64,000 nucleotides of DNA from Spirochaetota bacterium (GCA_050298055.1 JBNKTL010000022.1:1-64000); one strand, 5' to 3'; shown: positions 30,066 to 40,784, counted from the first letter of the stretch. The notes: generated by a model not told the origin, from the letters alone. Program-made: numbers and translations.

Positions 30066-30893
30066 ATGAAAAGTACAATAAAACAGAAAGGTTTTTTAAT
30101 CGACGGAACCAAGTGTATAGGATGCAGGGCTTGCCAGGTGGCATGCAAGCAGTGGAATGAGCTCCCGGCGGAAAAGACAGAGTTTTTCGGAGGTCCGGGA
30201 TATCAGAACCCCGCTAATCTTTCCAGCAAAACCTATACTCTGATCAAGTACAGGGAAATTGAAAAGAAGGGACAGCTTATTGACTGGACTTTCCACAAAT
30301 CCCAGTGCCAGCACTGCCTTGAGCCCGCCTGCGAAGCCGCCTGTATTGTGGGCGCTTTCACGAAGACAGCAGAAGGCCCGGTGGAATGGGATGAGAAAAA
30401 GTGTATCGGGTGCAGGTACTGCATGCTTGCGTGCCCCTATCAAATCCCGACTTTTGAATGGTCCAGTATCAATCCAAAAATCAGGAAGTGTACCCTCTGC
30501 AGTGACAGGATCAAGAACGGGCTGCAGCCGGCATGTTCCAAGGCCTGTTCAACAGGGGCAATACTCTTTGGTAACCGGGACGAGCTGTTGAAAATAGCAA
30601 AACAGCGCCTGAAGGCGGAACCGAAAAAATACTACCAGCATATCTATGGTGAAAACGAGGTGGGAGGGACCTGTGTCCTGAACATTTCCAGCGTAGCTCT
30701 GGATAAGGAGTTCGGATATCCGAAGAACCTTCCCAATAAAGCCATGATAAGCTTTACGGAACCCGCGATGAAATCAATTCCTGGAGTAGTAATGGGTCTC
30801 GGGGCCCTTCTGGGAATATCAGCTTATATTGTCAATAAGCACAACAGGAACGCTGCAGCTGAATCTGATTCAGAGGGAGGGAGCCATGAATAA
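30066..30893 (+). CDS. Formate dehydrogenase 4x[4Fe-4S] beta subunit (FdnH/HybA-like)
   Basis: CIGCRACQVACKQWN, CQHC.EPAC, CIGCRYC, CTLC..PAC; IYGENEVGGT; C-terminal TM. Confidence 0.92.
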   Translation: MKSTIKQKGFLIDGTKCIGCRACQVACKQWNELPAEKTEFFGGPGYQNPANLSSKTYTLIKYREIEKKGQLIDWTFHKSQCQHCLEPACEAACIVGAFTKTAEGPVEWDEKKCIGCRYCMLACPYQIPTFEWSSINPKIRKCTLCSDRIKNGLQPACSKACSTGAILFGNRDELLKIAKQRLKAEPKKYYQHIYGENEVGGTCVLNISSVALDKEFGYPKNLPNKAMISFTEPAMKSIPGVVMGLGALLGISAYIVNKHNRNAAAESDSEGGSHE

Positions 30894-32136
30894 ATTTGGT
30901 GTGACTTTCGGGAAAGGTTCAAGAACTCTGTTCATTCTCATGTCAATTGGCGCGGTTCTGATTCTCATCAGGTTCGTCATGGGGCTCGGTTCGGTAACAA
31001 ACCTCACCGACGCTTATCCCTGGGGGTTCTGGATCGGCATTGATGTTCTCACCGGTGTTGCCCTTGCCGCAGGGGGGTTTACCGTGGCGGCATTGACGCA
31101 CATCTTCGGAAAGGAAAAATACAAGGCTGTAATCAGGCCGGCCATTCTTACCGCCTTCCTCGGCTATATCTTCGTGGCCCTGGGCCTCGTTGTAGACCTG
31201 GGAAGGGGCTGGAACATCTGGCACGTTATCTTTTTCTGGAACCATAATTCCGCCATGTTTGAAGTGGGCTGGTGCGTACTTCTCTACCTCACGGTTCTTG
31301 CCCTGGAGTTTGCACCGGTAGTTTTTGAAGAGTACAAGATGACAAAGGCACAGGAGAATTGGGACATCTTCGCACCCTGGGTCAGTATAGTGCTTGTTTC
31401 CTGGTTTGTATTCGTAATGACCGGGTTTCCCTGGTACGCGGGCATCACCTTTATCATTCTCTCCTTCTTCTATGTTCTCTTCAGGAACAGGCTCCCAAAG
31501 GGGAGTACAGTGCTTCTCCTTATCATGGCAGGGGTTATTTTCTCAGTGGAGCACCAGTCATCTCTGGGTTCACTCTTTCTCATTGTGCCCACCAAGCTGT
31601 CATCGCTCTGGTACACTCCCTACCTGCCGCTCAACTTCCTGGCAAGCGCGATAATGGTGGGATTTGCCATGGTCATTTTCGAATCGTCCCTTTCATCCCG
31701 GGTATTCGGATTTGGACTTGAGAAAGACGTGATTAAAGGTCTTGTGAGGATACTCCCCGTCTTTGTAGCGGCAACTGCAATCCTGAGATTCTGGAGTCTG
31801 TTTAACCAGACAGGGTTTTCATTTGCAGGGGCCAGCGGGGCACAGCTCTTCTTCTTCGGGCTTGAAGTGGGAGTGGGATTGCTCATACCCTTTGTACTCC
31901 TTATTATACCGGGTACAGCAAATTCACCCAATGCAAGCTTTCTGGCCGCCACACTGATTGTCCTGGGTGTTCTCATCAACAGGGTCAATGTTTCAATAGT
32001 CGGGATATCAGTACCCGAAAGGGGTGTGTATATCCCGGCAATAGGGGAAGTCTTGATATCGGTGGGAATAATCTCAACGGGGATTATGCTTTACTATATT
32101 ATGTGCAGTAAACTGCCGGTTTTTGAGAAGAGATAA
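30886..32136 (+). CDS. NrfD-family membrane subunit (HybB-like) of the formate dehydrogenase
   Basis: GLGSVTNLTDAYPWGFW, DLGR.W, HQSSLGSLF; GGGAGG RBS before ATG 30886. Confidence 0.9.
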   Translation: MNKFGVTFGKGSRTLFILMSIGAVLILIRFVMGLGSVTNLTDAYPWGFWIGIDVLTGVALAAGGFTVAALTHIFGKEKYKAVIRPAILTAFLGYIFVALGLVVDLGRGWNIWHVIFFWNHNSAMFEVGWCVLLYLTVLALEFAPVVFEEYKMTKAQENWDIFAPWVSIVLVSWFVFVMTGFPWYAGITFIILSFFYVLFRNRLPKGSTVLLLIMAGVIFSVEHQSSLGSLFLIVPTKLSSLWYTPYLPLNFLASAIMVGFAMVIFESSLSSRVFGFGLEKDVIKGLVRILPVFVAATAILRFWSLFNQTGFSFAGASGAQLFFFGLEVGVGLLIPFVLLIIPGTANSPNASFLAATLIVLGVLINRVNVSIVGISVPERGVYIPAIGEVLISVGIISTGIMLYYIMCSKLPVFEKR

Positions 32137-32160
32137 ACAACAATTATTAAATTTACTGTT

Positions 32161-32192
32161 AACAGCGATGGATTTTATCCATCGCTGTTTTT
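32161..32192 (+). terminator. Intrinsic terminator-like hairpin after the fdh structural genes
   Basis: AACAGCGATGGAT-TTT-ATCCATCGCTGTT followed by a T run. Confidence 0.65.
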
Positions 32193-32243
32193 ATAATCGG
32201 AACTACTTTACTATTTGAAAAAATATTACAAATCTCCTAAAAT

Positions 32244-32294
32244 TATCAACAATATGTCCCCGTTGCCTAAGGCGGTGGGGACATATCAGTTATC
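32244..32294. repeat. REP-like palindromic repeat family A, copy 1
   Basis: ATATGTCCCCGTTGCC-TAA-GGCGGTGGGGACATATCAGTTAT. Confidence 0.8.
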
Positions 32295-32446
32295 TTTTTT
32301 TCTTAAATATTGTTATTCATCATAACAGTAAACTTGATGAAAAACCGATAATTTATCATTCTTTCAAAAATAAATGGACTTTTTATTGATCAGGATATTT
32401 TACTGGCATGAGACAAATGTAAATACCGGAAACAGAAGGAGAAAAA

Positions 32447-33331
32447 ATGGAAAGCGAAAACAGGGCAATTGAAACATTTATCTATGATCTCATGAACCTC
32501 TACCTGGAGCATGAAAAATACTTTTCCGCATCGCTTAACGGGAAGACCAGGGAAAAGGGGAGAGAACTTATTAAGGACTTCAGGTACGCGTTAAACGGGA
32601 AAATGTGGAAGATAAAAAAAGAGGACAATCACAGTTTTCTTGTGTCCCTTCTCCAGATCTTTCTCAACCACATCCCCGATTATGCCCGGGACATTGAAAC
32701 AGTGGACAGCTTTCTTGAAAAAGGATCACCCGGTTCCCTGGACATCATAAAGACCATTCTTGCCAATGACCAGAAATCTCTTCTGGAGATCACACGGGAA
32801 AATGACCTCTCCATGGAGTTTATGACCTTCTTTTCAATTTTTTCCGCTTACGGATACAGGAACAGCCTGAGCAGATCCATTGAATCGGAATATAATCTTA
32901 ACGAACATGTATCCGGGATCTGTCCAGTCTGCGGCCACTGGCCCGGTATGGCATACCTTGTGGGCAAAAAGGGAACAAGACGAATGAGCTGTATCTGCTG
33001 CGGGACAAACTGGACCTTCAAACGCATGGTCTGTTCATTCTGCCTGACAACGGACAAAGAGAAGCTCGGTTATCTCAATATTGAAGGAGAAGATGAAGTC
33101 TCTGCATATGTCTGCGAAAACTGCAGGCGCTACCTGAAAACCGTCAGGGTGGACCTTGAATATGTTGACCTTACAAACGGGAAACCGCTGATTGATTACC
33201 TCAACGCAAGTTTTATTGATATAGCGGCGCTTCAAAAGAGCTATATTCAGGAATCTCTCCTGGGCACGAGGTTTGACGGTCCCGGGAGCAAAGAGTACAC
33301 TGAGTACCGAAAATTGATGATCAGCGAATAG
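32447..33331 (+). CDS. fdhE: Formate dehydrogenase accessory protein FdhE
   Basis: CPVCG, CICC.T.W, CSFC, CENC..YLKT; downstream of the fdh genes. Confidence 0.88.
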   Translation: MESENRAIETFIYDLMNLYLEHEKYFSASLNGKTREKGRELIKDFRYALNGKMWKIKKEDNHSFLVSLLQIFLNHIPDYARDIETVDSFLEKGSPGSLDIIKTILANDQKSLLEITRENDLSMEFMTFFSIFSAYGYRNSLSRSIESEYNLNEHVSGICPVCGHWPGMAYLVGKKGTRRMSCICCGTNWTFKRMVCSFCLTTDKEKLGYLNIEGEDEVSAYVCENCRRYLKTVRVDLEYVDLTNGKPLIDYLNASFIDIAALQKSYIQESLLGTRFDGPGSKEYTEYRKLMISE

Positions 33332-33332
33332 G

Positions 33333-35174
33333 TCATATGGGAATATGACGCCTTCTCTCTCCCAGGAGGACAATATCCCTCAGGACCTCGCTGTTCTTTG
33401 CGGACATCCATTTTTTTTCAAAGTCGGGGTCCTGGATTATCTGGGCTATGGCAGAGAGGGCCCGGAGGTGGAAATTCCTCTCATCCTTTGTCCCGATAAG
33501 AAAGAAGACCGCCGTAACACCGGGCGCGTCATCTGAAAACCTGACGCCTTTTCTGCTCCTGGCTATGAGGATATCAAACTTCTTCTCCCCCTGGATGACT
33601 ATATGGGGTATGGCAAATCCCGGGCCCAGGGCGGTACTGCTCTCATTTTCCCTCTCCACAAGAAGGTCGAACAGGATATTTTCATCAACATCCACTCTTT
33701 CTGTCAAAGGCTTTACGGCAGCCCTGAAAAACTCACCGAGGGAGAGCTCTTCATCCAGGTCAAGCACAACAGAGTGTTCAATCATCTGGTCAAACCTGTC
33801 CCCCACAATATCATCCCTCTCTCTTATCACCTCTTTCAGTTCCGTTTCAAGGGAATGACCGGTCAACTCCTTTGCGGTGATCCTTTCAATCAGGTGAAGA
33901 AGCGCGAACTCTCTCCGGGCCTTTATCCTGCCAAAAATCCAGTATATGAGGAAACCAAAAACAATCAGCGCCACGCTGATGAGGAGAGCGTCCTTTCCAA
34001 TCTCAATAAGCAGGAAGATAAATCCGCAGATGCCGAATACCTGCACCCAGGGATAAAGGGGGGCCTTAAACTGCGGCTTATAGTTCTGGAGCCTGCTCTC
34101 CCTCATAATAATATTTGCCAGGCAGGAAAAAATGTATGTAAGGATAAGAACACTTGATGCTGCTTTAATGATAATATCCAGTTTCATGAAAAGTGAAACG
34201 GCTATCATGAAGCCGGTAAGAATTATGGCATTATGGGGCGACTTGAACCTGTTGTTGATCTTTCCCAGGAACTTTGGAAGAAGGTTGTCTCTGCTCAGGG
34301 CAAGGGGGTACCGGGACGCTCCCAGAATGCCCGCGTTGGCCGCGGATGAAAAACCGAGAATGGCAACAATGGTAACCGCAATAACTTCCCATTTCCCGGC
34401 GAACACGGACGCTCCATCGGTAACAGGCCTCAGAGATTTTGACAGGACGTCGCCCTGCAGGGTCCCCGTGGTGACAAAGATGACCCCCATATAGAGGAAG
34501 ATGATTGTTATCAGCGACATTATCATCCCCAGGGGAAGGACCCTGCCCGGGTCCTTTACCTCTTCGGCGATACTTGCCACCTTTAAAAGACCGCCATATG
34601 AAACAAAAACAAAACCGGCAGTGGAAAAAACACTCAACAGCCCGTTTGGTGTGAAGGGAACAAAATTATGTACATCAACATGCGGCAGTCCCATTATGGA
34701 ATAGAGGAGAAGGACCGGGATGATGAGAAACACAAGCACTGCCTGTATCCTTCCCGCGCCCTTGGCCCCGAGAATATTTATGAGGATAAAAATAACACAG
34801 AGCAGAAGACCGATTATCCTGATATCCAGCTGAATAAGAAATGATGTAAATGCCGCCATGCTTATCAGTTCAAAAGCGCTCTTTAATGCGAGGGAGAGCA
34901 TTGTAATAAGACCGTAAACAGTACCGATTGCCGCCCCCATGCTCCTTGTGACAAAGTAATAGGTCCCCCCGGATTTAGGCATGGCTGACGTAAGTTCCGC
35001 CTGGCTGAGCATACCTGCTGCCGCGAGAACCCCCGCCACAAAATATGAGAGAAAAACCGATGGACCCACCTTTGCAAAAGCAAGAGCGGGTAGAAGGAAA
35101 ATACCGGAACTCAGCATGGCACCAGTTGTAATGCAGAATATATCGAAAAGGTTCAGGTCTTTTTTCAGTTCCAT
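33333..35174 (-). CDS. APC-family amino acid permease fused to a PTS EIIA-2 domain
   Basis: GAMLSSGIF, AEEVKDP, about 12 TM; C-terminal RE..SST..G..FAIPH, HLRALS. Confidence 0.9.
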   Translation of the reverse strand: MELKKDLNLFDIFCITTGAMLSSGIFLLPALAFAKVGPSVFLSYFVAGVLAAAGMLSQAELTSAMPKSGGTYYFVTRSMGAAIGTVYGLITMLSLALKSAFELISMAAFTSFLIQLDIRIIGLLLCVIFILINILGAKGAGRIQAVLVFLIIPVLLLYSIMGLPHVDVHNFVPFTPNGLLSVFSTAGFVFVSYGGLLKVASIAEEVKDPGRVLPLGMIMSLITIIFLYMGVIFVTTGTLQGDVLSKSLRPVTDGASVFAGKWEVIAVTIVAILGFSSAANAGILGASRYPLALSRDNLLPKFLGKINNRFKSPHNAIILTGFMIAVSLFMKLDIIIKAASSVLILTYIFSCLANIIMRESRLQNYKPQFKAPLYPWVQVFGICGFIFLLIEIGKDALLISVALIVFGFLIYWIFGRIKARREFALLHLIERITAKELTGHSLETELKEVIRERDDIVGDRFDQMIEHSVVLDLDEELSLGEFFRAAVKPLTERVDVDENILFDLLVERENESSTALGPGFAIPHIVIQGEKKFDILIARSRKGVRFSDDAPGVTAVFFLIGTKDERNFHLRALSAIAQIIQDPDFEKKWMSAKNSEVLRDIVLLGERRRHIPI

Positions 35175-35272
35175 AGAGCAATTTACCCGGGACAGCGGAC
35201 CCGGTCAATATTTAAATCACATTATAAATAAAGACAAAAAAATACAATAAAAAATTATTTGCATGGGCTCCC

Positions 35273-36421
35273 CTACTTATTTGCGCTCCGCTCCTTTAAA
35301 TATGCAATGACCCGCTTACATCCGGTTCTCTTTGCATACCCGTAGGCGCTGACATTGTACTTATCTTTTATATTGACCAGCGCGCCTTTTAATACCAGGT
35401 ATTTGACAACCTCCAGTTGACTGTTCCCTGCGGCAAACATTAATGCGGTCTGTCCATACCTGTCACGGGCATTAATACCCGCACCTTTTGCCAGTAACAG
35501 CTTTACAATTTCCACTGTTTTCCTGCCATAACCTTTTTTAATGGCCCACATGAGAACAGTTCTCTTTAAATTATCTCTTAAATGAACATTCGCTCCTTTT
35601 AAGAGTAAATATTTTACGGCATTCACCTTCCCTTTATACGCTGCCACACTGAGAACTGTTCTTCCGGCATGGTCCCGGTGATTGACATTCGCTCCATTTA
35701 TCACTAAATGCCTGATGACATGCATATTTCCTTTTGTTATTGCCGTCATTAAAACACTCGTCCCGATATTGTTCTGCGCATTAACATCAGCACCTTTTGA
35801 TATTAACTGTTTGACAATATTTGTTTTGCCGTTTGATGCGGCAAACATTAACGCGGTATAACCGCGTCTGCTTTTTACATTTACATCTTTACTCCAGGGA
35901 AGTAAAAAAAGCGCTATTTCCCAGTTGCGTTTTAAGAGCGCGGAAAACAACGCAGTAGCACCCGATTTTGTTTTCTTATTAACATCGGCCCTGTACTGCT
36001 TTAAGAGTTTAACGATTTTCAAATGTCCATTCAATGAAGCCAGGATAAGCGCCGTATCCCCTGCCCTGTTTTGAGTATCCACATCTGCTTTCCGGGAAAG
36101 CAGATACTTTACTACTGTGTAATACCCCTTGCGTGAAGCAGCCATTAAAGGGGTTGCGCCTTTATTGTTTTTTAAATTTACATCGGCACCTTTTGATACT
36201 AAATACTTTATTACAGGGAGATGACCTTTCAATGAAGCATTGAACAGCGCGCTGTTCCCTTTTCTGTTTTTATTGTTTATACGGGCTCCCCGGGCAAGGG
36301 CTTTTTTTACCCCGGATATACTGCCCCCTGCTGCCGCTGTAAATAACTCATTTTTTACATCTGCAGAGAGGTGTGTGCTAAAAAGTGTCAGCATACAGAG
36401 ACTGAGGAGTACGTTTTTCAT
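35273..36421 (-). CDS. Secreted ankyrin-repeat protein (about 11 repeats)
   Basis: Signal peptide; repeated G.TALM.AA..G....VK.L...GA.VN units; strongly Lys/Arg-rich. Confidence 0.92.
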   Translation of the reverse strand: MKNVLLSLCMLTLFSTHLSADVKNELFTAAAGGSISGVKKALARGARINNKNRKGNSALFNASLKGHLPVIKYLVSKGADVNLKNNKGATPLMAASRKGYYTVVKYLLSRKADVDTQNRAGDTALILASLNGHLKIVKLLKQYRADVNKKTKSGATALFSALLKRNWEIALFLLPWSKDVNVKSRRGYTALMFAASNGKTNIVKQLISKGADVNAQNNIGTSVLMTAITKGNMHVIRHLVINGANVNHRDHAGRTVLSVAAYKGKVNAVKYLLLKGANVHLRDNLKRTVLMWAIKKGYGRKTVEIVKLLLAKGAGINARDRYGQTALMFAAGNSQLEVVKYLVLKGALVNIKDKYNVSAYGYAKRTGCKRVIAYLKERSANK

Positions 36422-36658
36422 TACAGATTCCTTTTTTTATAAATTATTCAGTTTTATTTGAATTTTTGTCATTACTCAGCTATGGGAGACACGCTAATAT
36501 TTATCAGGTTTTTTATCAATAAAATTCTTGCGCCCGCCAATGAGGAAGAATAAAAAAATCGGCTTGACACAGGATAAATATCATAGAGTCATTTGACTAT
36601 CGGCTGAAATTATCTCTGGCTGACAGTGAAAGTAATAAAAGTGAGAAGGAGTTGTTCC

Positions 36659-38500
36659 ATGGCACATAAACTGAGAAGTTCCGCTTCAACCCAGGGGAGA
36701 AAGATGGCCGGGGCAAGAAGCCTCTGGCGGGCAAACGGCATTAAAGAGAATCAGTTCGGGAAACCGATCATTGCCGTGGTCAATTCATTCACACAGTTTG
36801 TCCCCGGTCATGTTCATCTTCACCATATCGGGCAAACCGTAAAAAGTGAAATCGAGAAACTGGGCTGTTTTGCAGCGGAGTTCAATACCATTGCCATTGA
36901 TGACGGCATCGCAATGGGGCATAACGGGATGCTCTACTCCCTCCCTTCACGGGACCTCATTGCCGACAGCGTCGAGTATATGTGCAACGCCCACACGGCC
37001 GATGCCATGATCTGTATTTCAAACTGCGATAAGATAACACCGGGAATGCTCATGGCCGCCATGAGGCTCAACATTCCCGCTGTCTTTGTATCGGGGGGCC
37101 CCATGGAAGCGGGAATCGTCAAAGAAAAGAAATACGATCTCATTGATGCCATGATCATGGGTGCCGATGAAACCGTTCCCGATGAAGAAGTTGATGAAGT
37201 CGAGAGGTCCGCCTGCCCCACATGCGGTTCATGCTCCGGAATGTTTACGGCAAATTCCATGAACTGTCTCAACGAGGCAATCGGTCTTGCCCTCCCCGGA
37301 AACGGCACAGTAGTGGCAACTCATAAAAACAGGCTGAAACTCTTTGAAAGAGCAGCACAGCTGATTGTGGAAAACAGCCGAAAATATTACACAGAGGGTG
37401 ATGATTCGGTCCTTCCCCGGTCAATAGTCACAAAGGAATCATTCATAAATGCAATGGCCCTGGATATAGCAATGGGAGGGTCAACAAACACTATCCTTCA
37501 CCTCCTGGCTGTTGCCCATGAGGCCGGGGTGAATTTTACCCTGGATGATATTGACGGCCTTTCAAAAAAGGTCCCCTGTATCTGCAAGGTGGCGCCCAGC
37601 TCCCACTACCATGTTGAGGACGTGAACCGCGCCGGGGGTATCCTCTCCATAATGGGGGAGCTTGACCGGAACGGACTTCTCCACAGATCGGTAAAACGGG
37701 TGGACGGATACACCCTGGGTGAAGCCCTTGAGAAATACGACCTGATGCGGGAGACTGTTTCCCCTGAAGCACTTGCTTTATGGGAAAGCGCTCCCGCGCA
37801 CTCGGGAAGAAACCTTGTGATGGGCTCACAGGAGAAGAGCTACGACGAACTGGACAGAGACCGTGAAAATGGCTGTGTCAGGGACATGGACCACGCGTAT
37901 ACCGTGGAGGGAGGGCTCGCGGTCCTCACCGGTAATATTGCCGCTAAGGGATGCATTGTTAAGACCGCAGGTGTGGATGAGAGTATCTTCACCTTCTCCG
38001 GCCCCGCGAAGGTCTTCGACTCTCAGGAAGCGGCATGCGACGGGATTCTGGGTGGAGACGTTAAAGCGGGGGACGTGGTAGTCATCAGGTATGAAGGCCC
38101 CCGGGGCGGTCCCGGCATGCAGGAGATGCTCTACCCCACTTCATACATCAAGTCCATGCGTTTGGGGAAAGAGTGCGCCCTGATTACCGACGGCAGGTTC
38201 TCCGGGGGGACATCGGGCCTTTCAATAGGGCATATTTCACCGGAAGCCGCAGCAGGGGGTAATATCGCCCTGATAAAAGACGGAGACATTATCGATATCG
38301 ATATTCCCGGAAGGAGTATCAGCCTCAGGATAAGCGATTCCGAGCTGGCAAAGAGGCGCAAAAAAGAGGAGAGTAAGGGACCGAATGGTTATAAACCGGC
38401 AGAGAGAAACCGGCCGATTTCAAAAGCGCTGAAAGTCTATGCCCTGCACGCCGCATCCGCAGACAGGGGTGCCGTCAGGCTGCTGCCCGATGAAGAGTAG
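36659..38500 (+). CDS. ilvD: Dihydroxy-acid dehydratase
   Basis: [69 protein letters not shown]. Confidence 0.97.
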   Translation: MAHKLRSSASTQGRKMAGARSLWRANGIKENQFGKPIIAVVNSFTQFVPGHVHLHHIGQTVKSEIEKLGCFAAEFNTIAIDDGIAMGHNGMLYSLPSRDLIADSVEYMCNAHTADAMICISNCDKITPGMLMAAMRLNIPAVFVSGGPMEAGIVKEKKYDLIDAMIMGADETVPDEEVDEVERSACPTCGSCSGMFTANSMNCLNEAIGLALPGNGTVVATHKNRLKLFERAAQLIVENSRKYYTEGDDSVLPRSIVTKESFINAMALDIAMGGSTNTILHLLAVAHEAGVNFTLDDIDGLSKKVPCICKVAPSSHYHVEDVNRAGGILSIMGELDRNGLLHRSVKRVDGYTLGEALEKYDLMRETVSPEALALWESAPAHSGRNLVMGSQEKSYDELDRDRENGCVRDMDHAYTVEGGLAVLTGNIAAKGCIVKTAGVDESIFTFSGPAKVFDSQEAACDGILGGDVKAGDVVVIRYEGPRGGPGMQEMLYPTSYIKSMRLGKECALITDGRFSGGTSGLSIGHISPEAAAGGNIALIKDGDIIDIDIPGRSISLRISDSELAKRRKKEESKGPNGYKPAERNRPISKALKVYALHAASADRGAVRLLPDEE

Positions 38501-38512
38501 CTTTTATATCGA

Positions 38513-39247
38513 TTAATTATCTGCTTTACCCACCTCCAGTCGAAGAGGTTCTTCCTCAAGCTGTGCAATTTTAAAATAGCTCACCTGTTCCGAAAGGCTT
38601 TGCGAGTGGGCGTTAAGCATTTCAGACGTATTGGAGAGTTCTTCTGCTGAGGAGGCATTTGTCTGGACCACTTCATTAATCTGGCCGATGCCATTGGTTA
38701 TCTGGTTCATGCCATGGTTCTGTTCTTCAACAGCCCGGGTAATTTCCTGTACAAGTTCTGTAGTCCTTTCGATATCGGGCAGTATCTCATCAATGAGCTT
38801 TCCCGCTTTTTCGGAGATCTCAAGACTGTTTCCGGTAATTTCAGTAATCTCTCCCGCGGCGATCCGGCTCTTTTCCGCCAGTTTGCGCACTTCAGCGGCC
38901 ACAACGGCAAATCCTTTCCCCTGTTCGCCGGCACGGGCCGCTTCGACAGCAGCATTTAAGGCCAGCAGGTTTGTCTGATAGGCAATATCTTCAACAACAG
39001 AAATACGTTCTGATATTCTTCTCATGGCTTCCACGGTATTGATTACTGCCTTTCTGCTTTCATCAGCACGGGATGATGTCAGTACAGCAACCGATTCTGT
39101 CTCTTTCGCGTTTTCAGCACTGTTTTTTATTGATGAACCGATCTGTTCCAGGGTTGAGACAATTTCTTCCATGGTAGCCGCAGTCTCACTGGCGCCCTGG
39201 GCCACATTTTGTGATGTACTGGAGACTTCTCCGCTGGAATGTGACAC
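38513..39247 (-). CDS. Methyl-accepting chemotaxis signalling domain only (soluble or 5'-truncated)
   Basis: [37 protein letters not shown]; no TM, HAMP or sensor; in-frame stop 15 codons upstream of the GTG. Confidence 0.8.
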   Translation of the reverse strand: MSHSSGEVSSTSQNVAQGASETAATMEEIVSTLEQIGSSIKNSAENAKETESVAVLTSSRADESRKAVINTVEAMRRISERISVVEDIAYQTNLLALNAAVEAARAGEQGKGFAVVAAEVRKLAEKSRIAAGEITEITGNSLEISEKAGKLIDEILPDIERTTELVQEITRAVEEQNHGMNQITNGIGQINEVVQTNASSAEELSNTSEMLNAHSQSLSEQVSYFKIAQLEEEPLRLEVGKADN

Positions 39248-39337
39248 GTTCTCTGAATTCGGGAATGTAAGAGAACTGACCAGGGTGAATTACTCCTTTT
39301 GGAGCGGTTAATTAATACTTTTATTCATTAAAAAATG

Positions 39338-39385
39338 AACCGATATGTTCCCGCCGCCTTTGACGGAGGGAACATATTGTTGATA
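39338..39385. repeat. REP-like family A, copy 2
   Basis: GATATGTTCCCGCCGCC-TTT-GACGGAGGGAACATATTGTTGAT. Confidence 0.7.
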
Positions 39386-39518
39386 TTTCAGCAAATAGTT
39401 TGATTATAGTCATATTGCTGACTCGTTACGTTTTTTTTCTTGAATTGGGATCAAACTTACGGTACAATCAATAATAGTAAATACGAATTATGGAAAAGAC
39501 TGTGAAGGGAGAATATAA

Positions 39519-39713
39519 ATGCCAATAGGAGAAATTCTCATAAAAGAGGGACTTCTTACCAGGCCCCAGCTGGACGAGGCCCTTGAGATACAGGAAAAAA
39601 ATCCCGGGAAAAAGATCGGCGAGATATTGATAGAACTTGATTATATCGATATCGAGAGTTTTACAAAATACCTGGCACAGCAGTTAAAAGACCAGGGACT
39701 GAGCAGGGAATAA
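39519..39713 (+). CDS. 64-aa stand-alone MshEN-like protein
   Basis: Tandem IGEILIKEGLL....LDEAL..Q and KIGEILIELDYI.......LAQQ motifs; GGGAG RBS. Confidence 0.75.
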   Translation: MPIGEILIKEGLLTRPQLDEALEIQEKNPGKKIGEILIELDYIDIESFTKYLAQQLKDQGLSRE

Positions 39714-39786
39714 GAAAGAATGTTCCTGTTGGCCGTGCCGTTCAAAGCTGTCATCTCAATACCGGTTTTTCCCTTACGAAGTGTCA

Positions 39787-40593
39787 TCAGGGCCAGGGAT
39801 CCCAGTCACCCCAGTTATCGTAATACTCTTTTAACGCAGGTATTCTTTCCTGCTCATTCTTTATAAAATCTTTGGTCTTCCCCACAATCTCCTGCTCACG
39901 GTCAATGGAAAGTTCACCAAGCATGACCCGGGTCCTGAGAAACACAAAGTAGGTATCCAGAACATCATGGATACAATAATCATTTATCTCCCGTACCTTC
40001 CCTTCCCGGAACATGTCGTATACGAGATCACCCTTTGTACTCAACTTGCCCGGTTTGCCGATCACTTTTGCCAGAAGGTTAAGTCCTCCTGCCATCTTGA
40101 TTGCGTTGAAGTTGGAGAGCCAGTCCTGCAGGTCTATATGCTTTGTACCGAACCTGTATCTTCCCGCAAACTTGTCTTTAAAATGCCTTTTGGCCTTGTA
40201 ACCGTACCTGTATGCCATAAGTTCCATAAGCGGGATATCGAAGCCCCTGCCGTTAAACGTAACAATTGATGTATGCCCATACAGGTCTTCCACACCGTGC
40301 CAGAACAGCCTGACCATTTCATCCGCTCTAAACGAGGGATCATCAAGGCATACAATGTCATTAATGCTAAAGTCACCGAGGACCTTCGCAACAGTAACTG
40401 ATACCGGGTACTGGAATGTTACCGGGATGAATTCCGATTTTCCGTTTGTTATCTCAAGGATCTCATCCTGAAATTTTTTTACAGCAGTGAGCTCATCAAT
40501 ATCCTCACCGGGATATTTCACCATTTTAATAAGCCGGGCATCAGGAACCGACTCAATATCGAGGATAAGATATTTTATTTCTTCATAGTTCAT
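39787..40593 (-). CDS. DEDD 3'-5' exonuclease (PolB-exonuclease-related)
   Basis: LDIESVP, TFNGRGFDIP, H.DL, YCIHDVLDT. Confidence 0.85.
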   Translation of the reverse strand: MNYEEIKYLILDIESVPDARLIKMVKYPGEDIDELTAVKKFQDEILEITNGKSEFIPVTFQYPVSVTVAKVLGDFSINDIVCLDDPSFRADEMVRLFWHGVEDLYGHTSIVTFNGRGFDIPLMELMAYRYGYKAKRHFKDKFAGRYRFGTKHIDLQDWLSNFNAIKMAGGLNLLAKVIGKPGKLSTKGDLVYDMFREGKVREINDYCIHDVLDTYFVFLRTRVMLGELSIDREQEIVGKTKDFIKNEQERIPALKEYYDNWGDWDPWP

Positions 40594-40784
40594 AACAAAT
40601 TGGTCCCGTATAAATTCCAGTGCTGAGCCCGCATGATTTTGCACTAATCTGTTTTTGTAGCCCCTGGTTCATTCAGTGGCTATATTTTTGTAATAAGAAA
40701 AAATCATGCAGTCGAAGTACTGGTTAAAAAAAAACATGTTGCCGGAGCAACATGCTGGTTCAATAAAATATAAAATAAAAAAAG

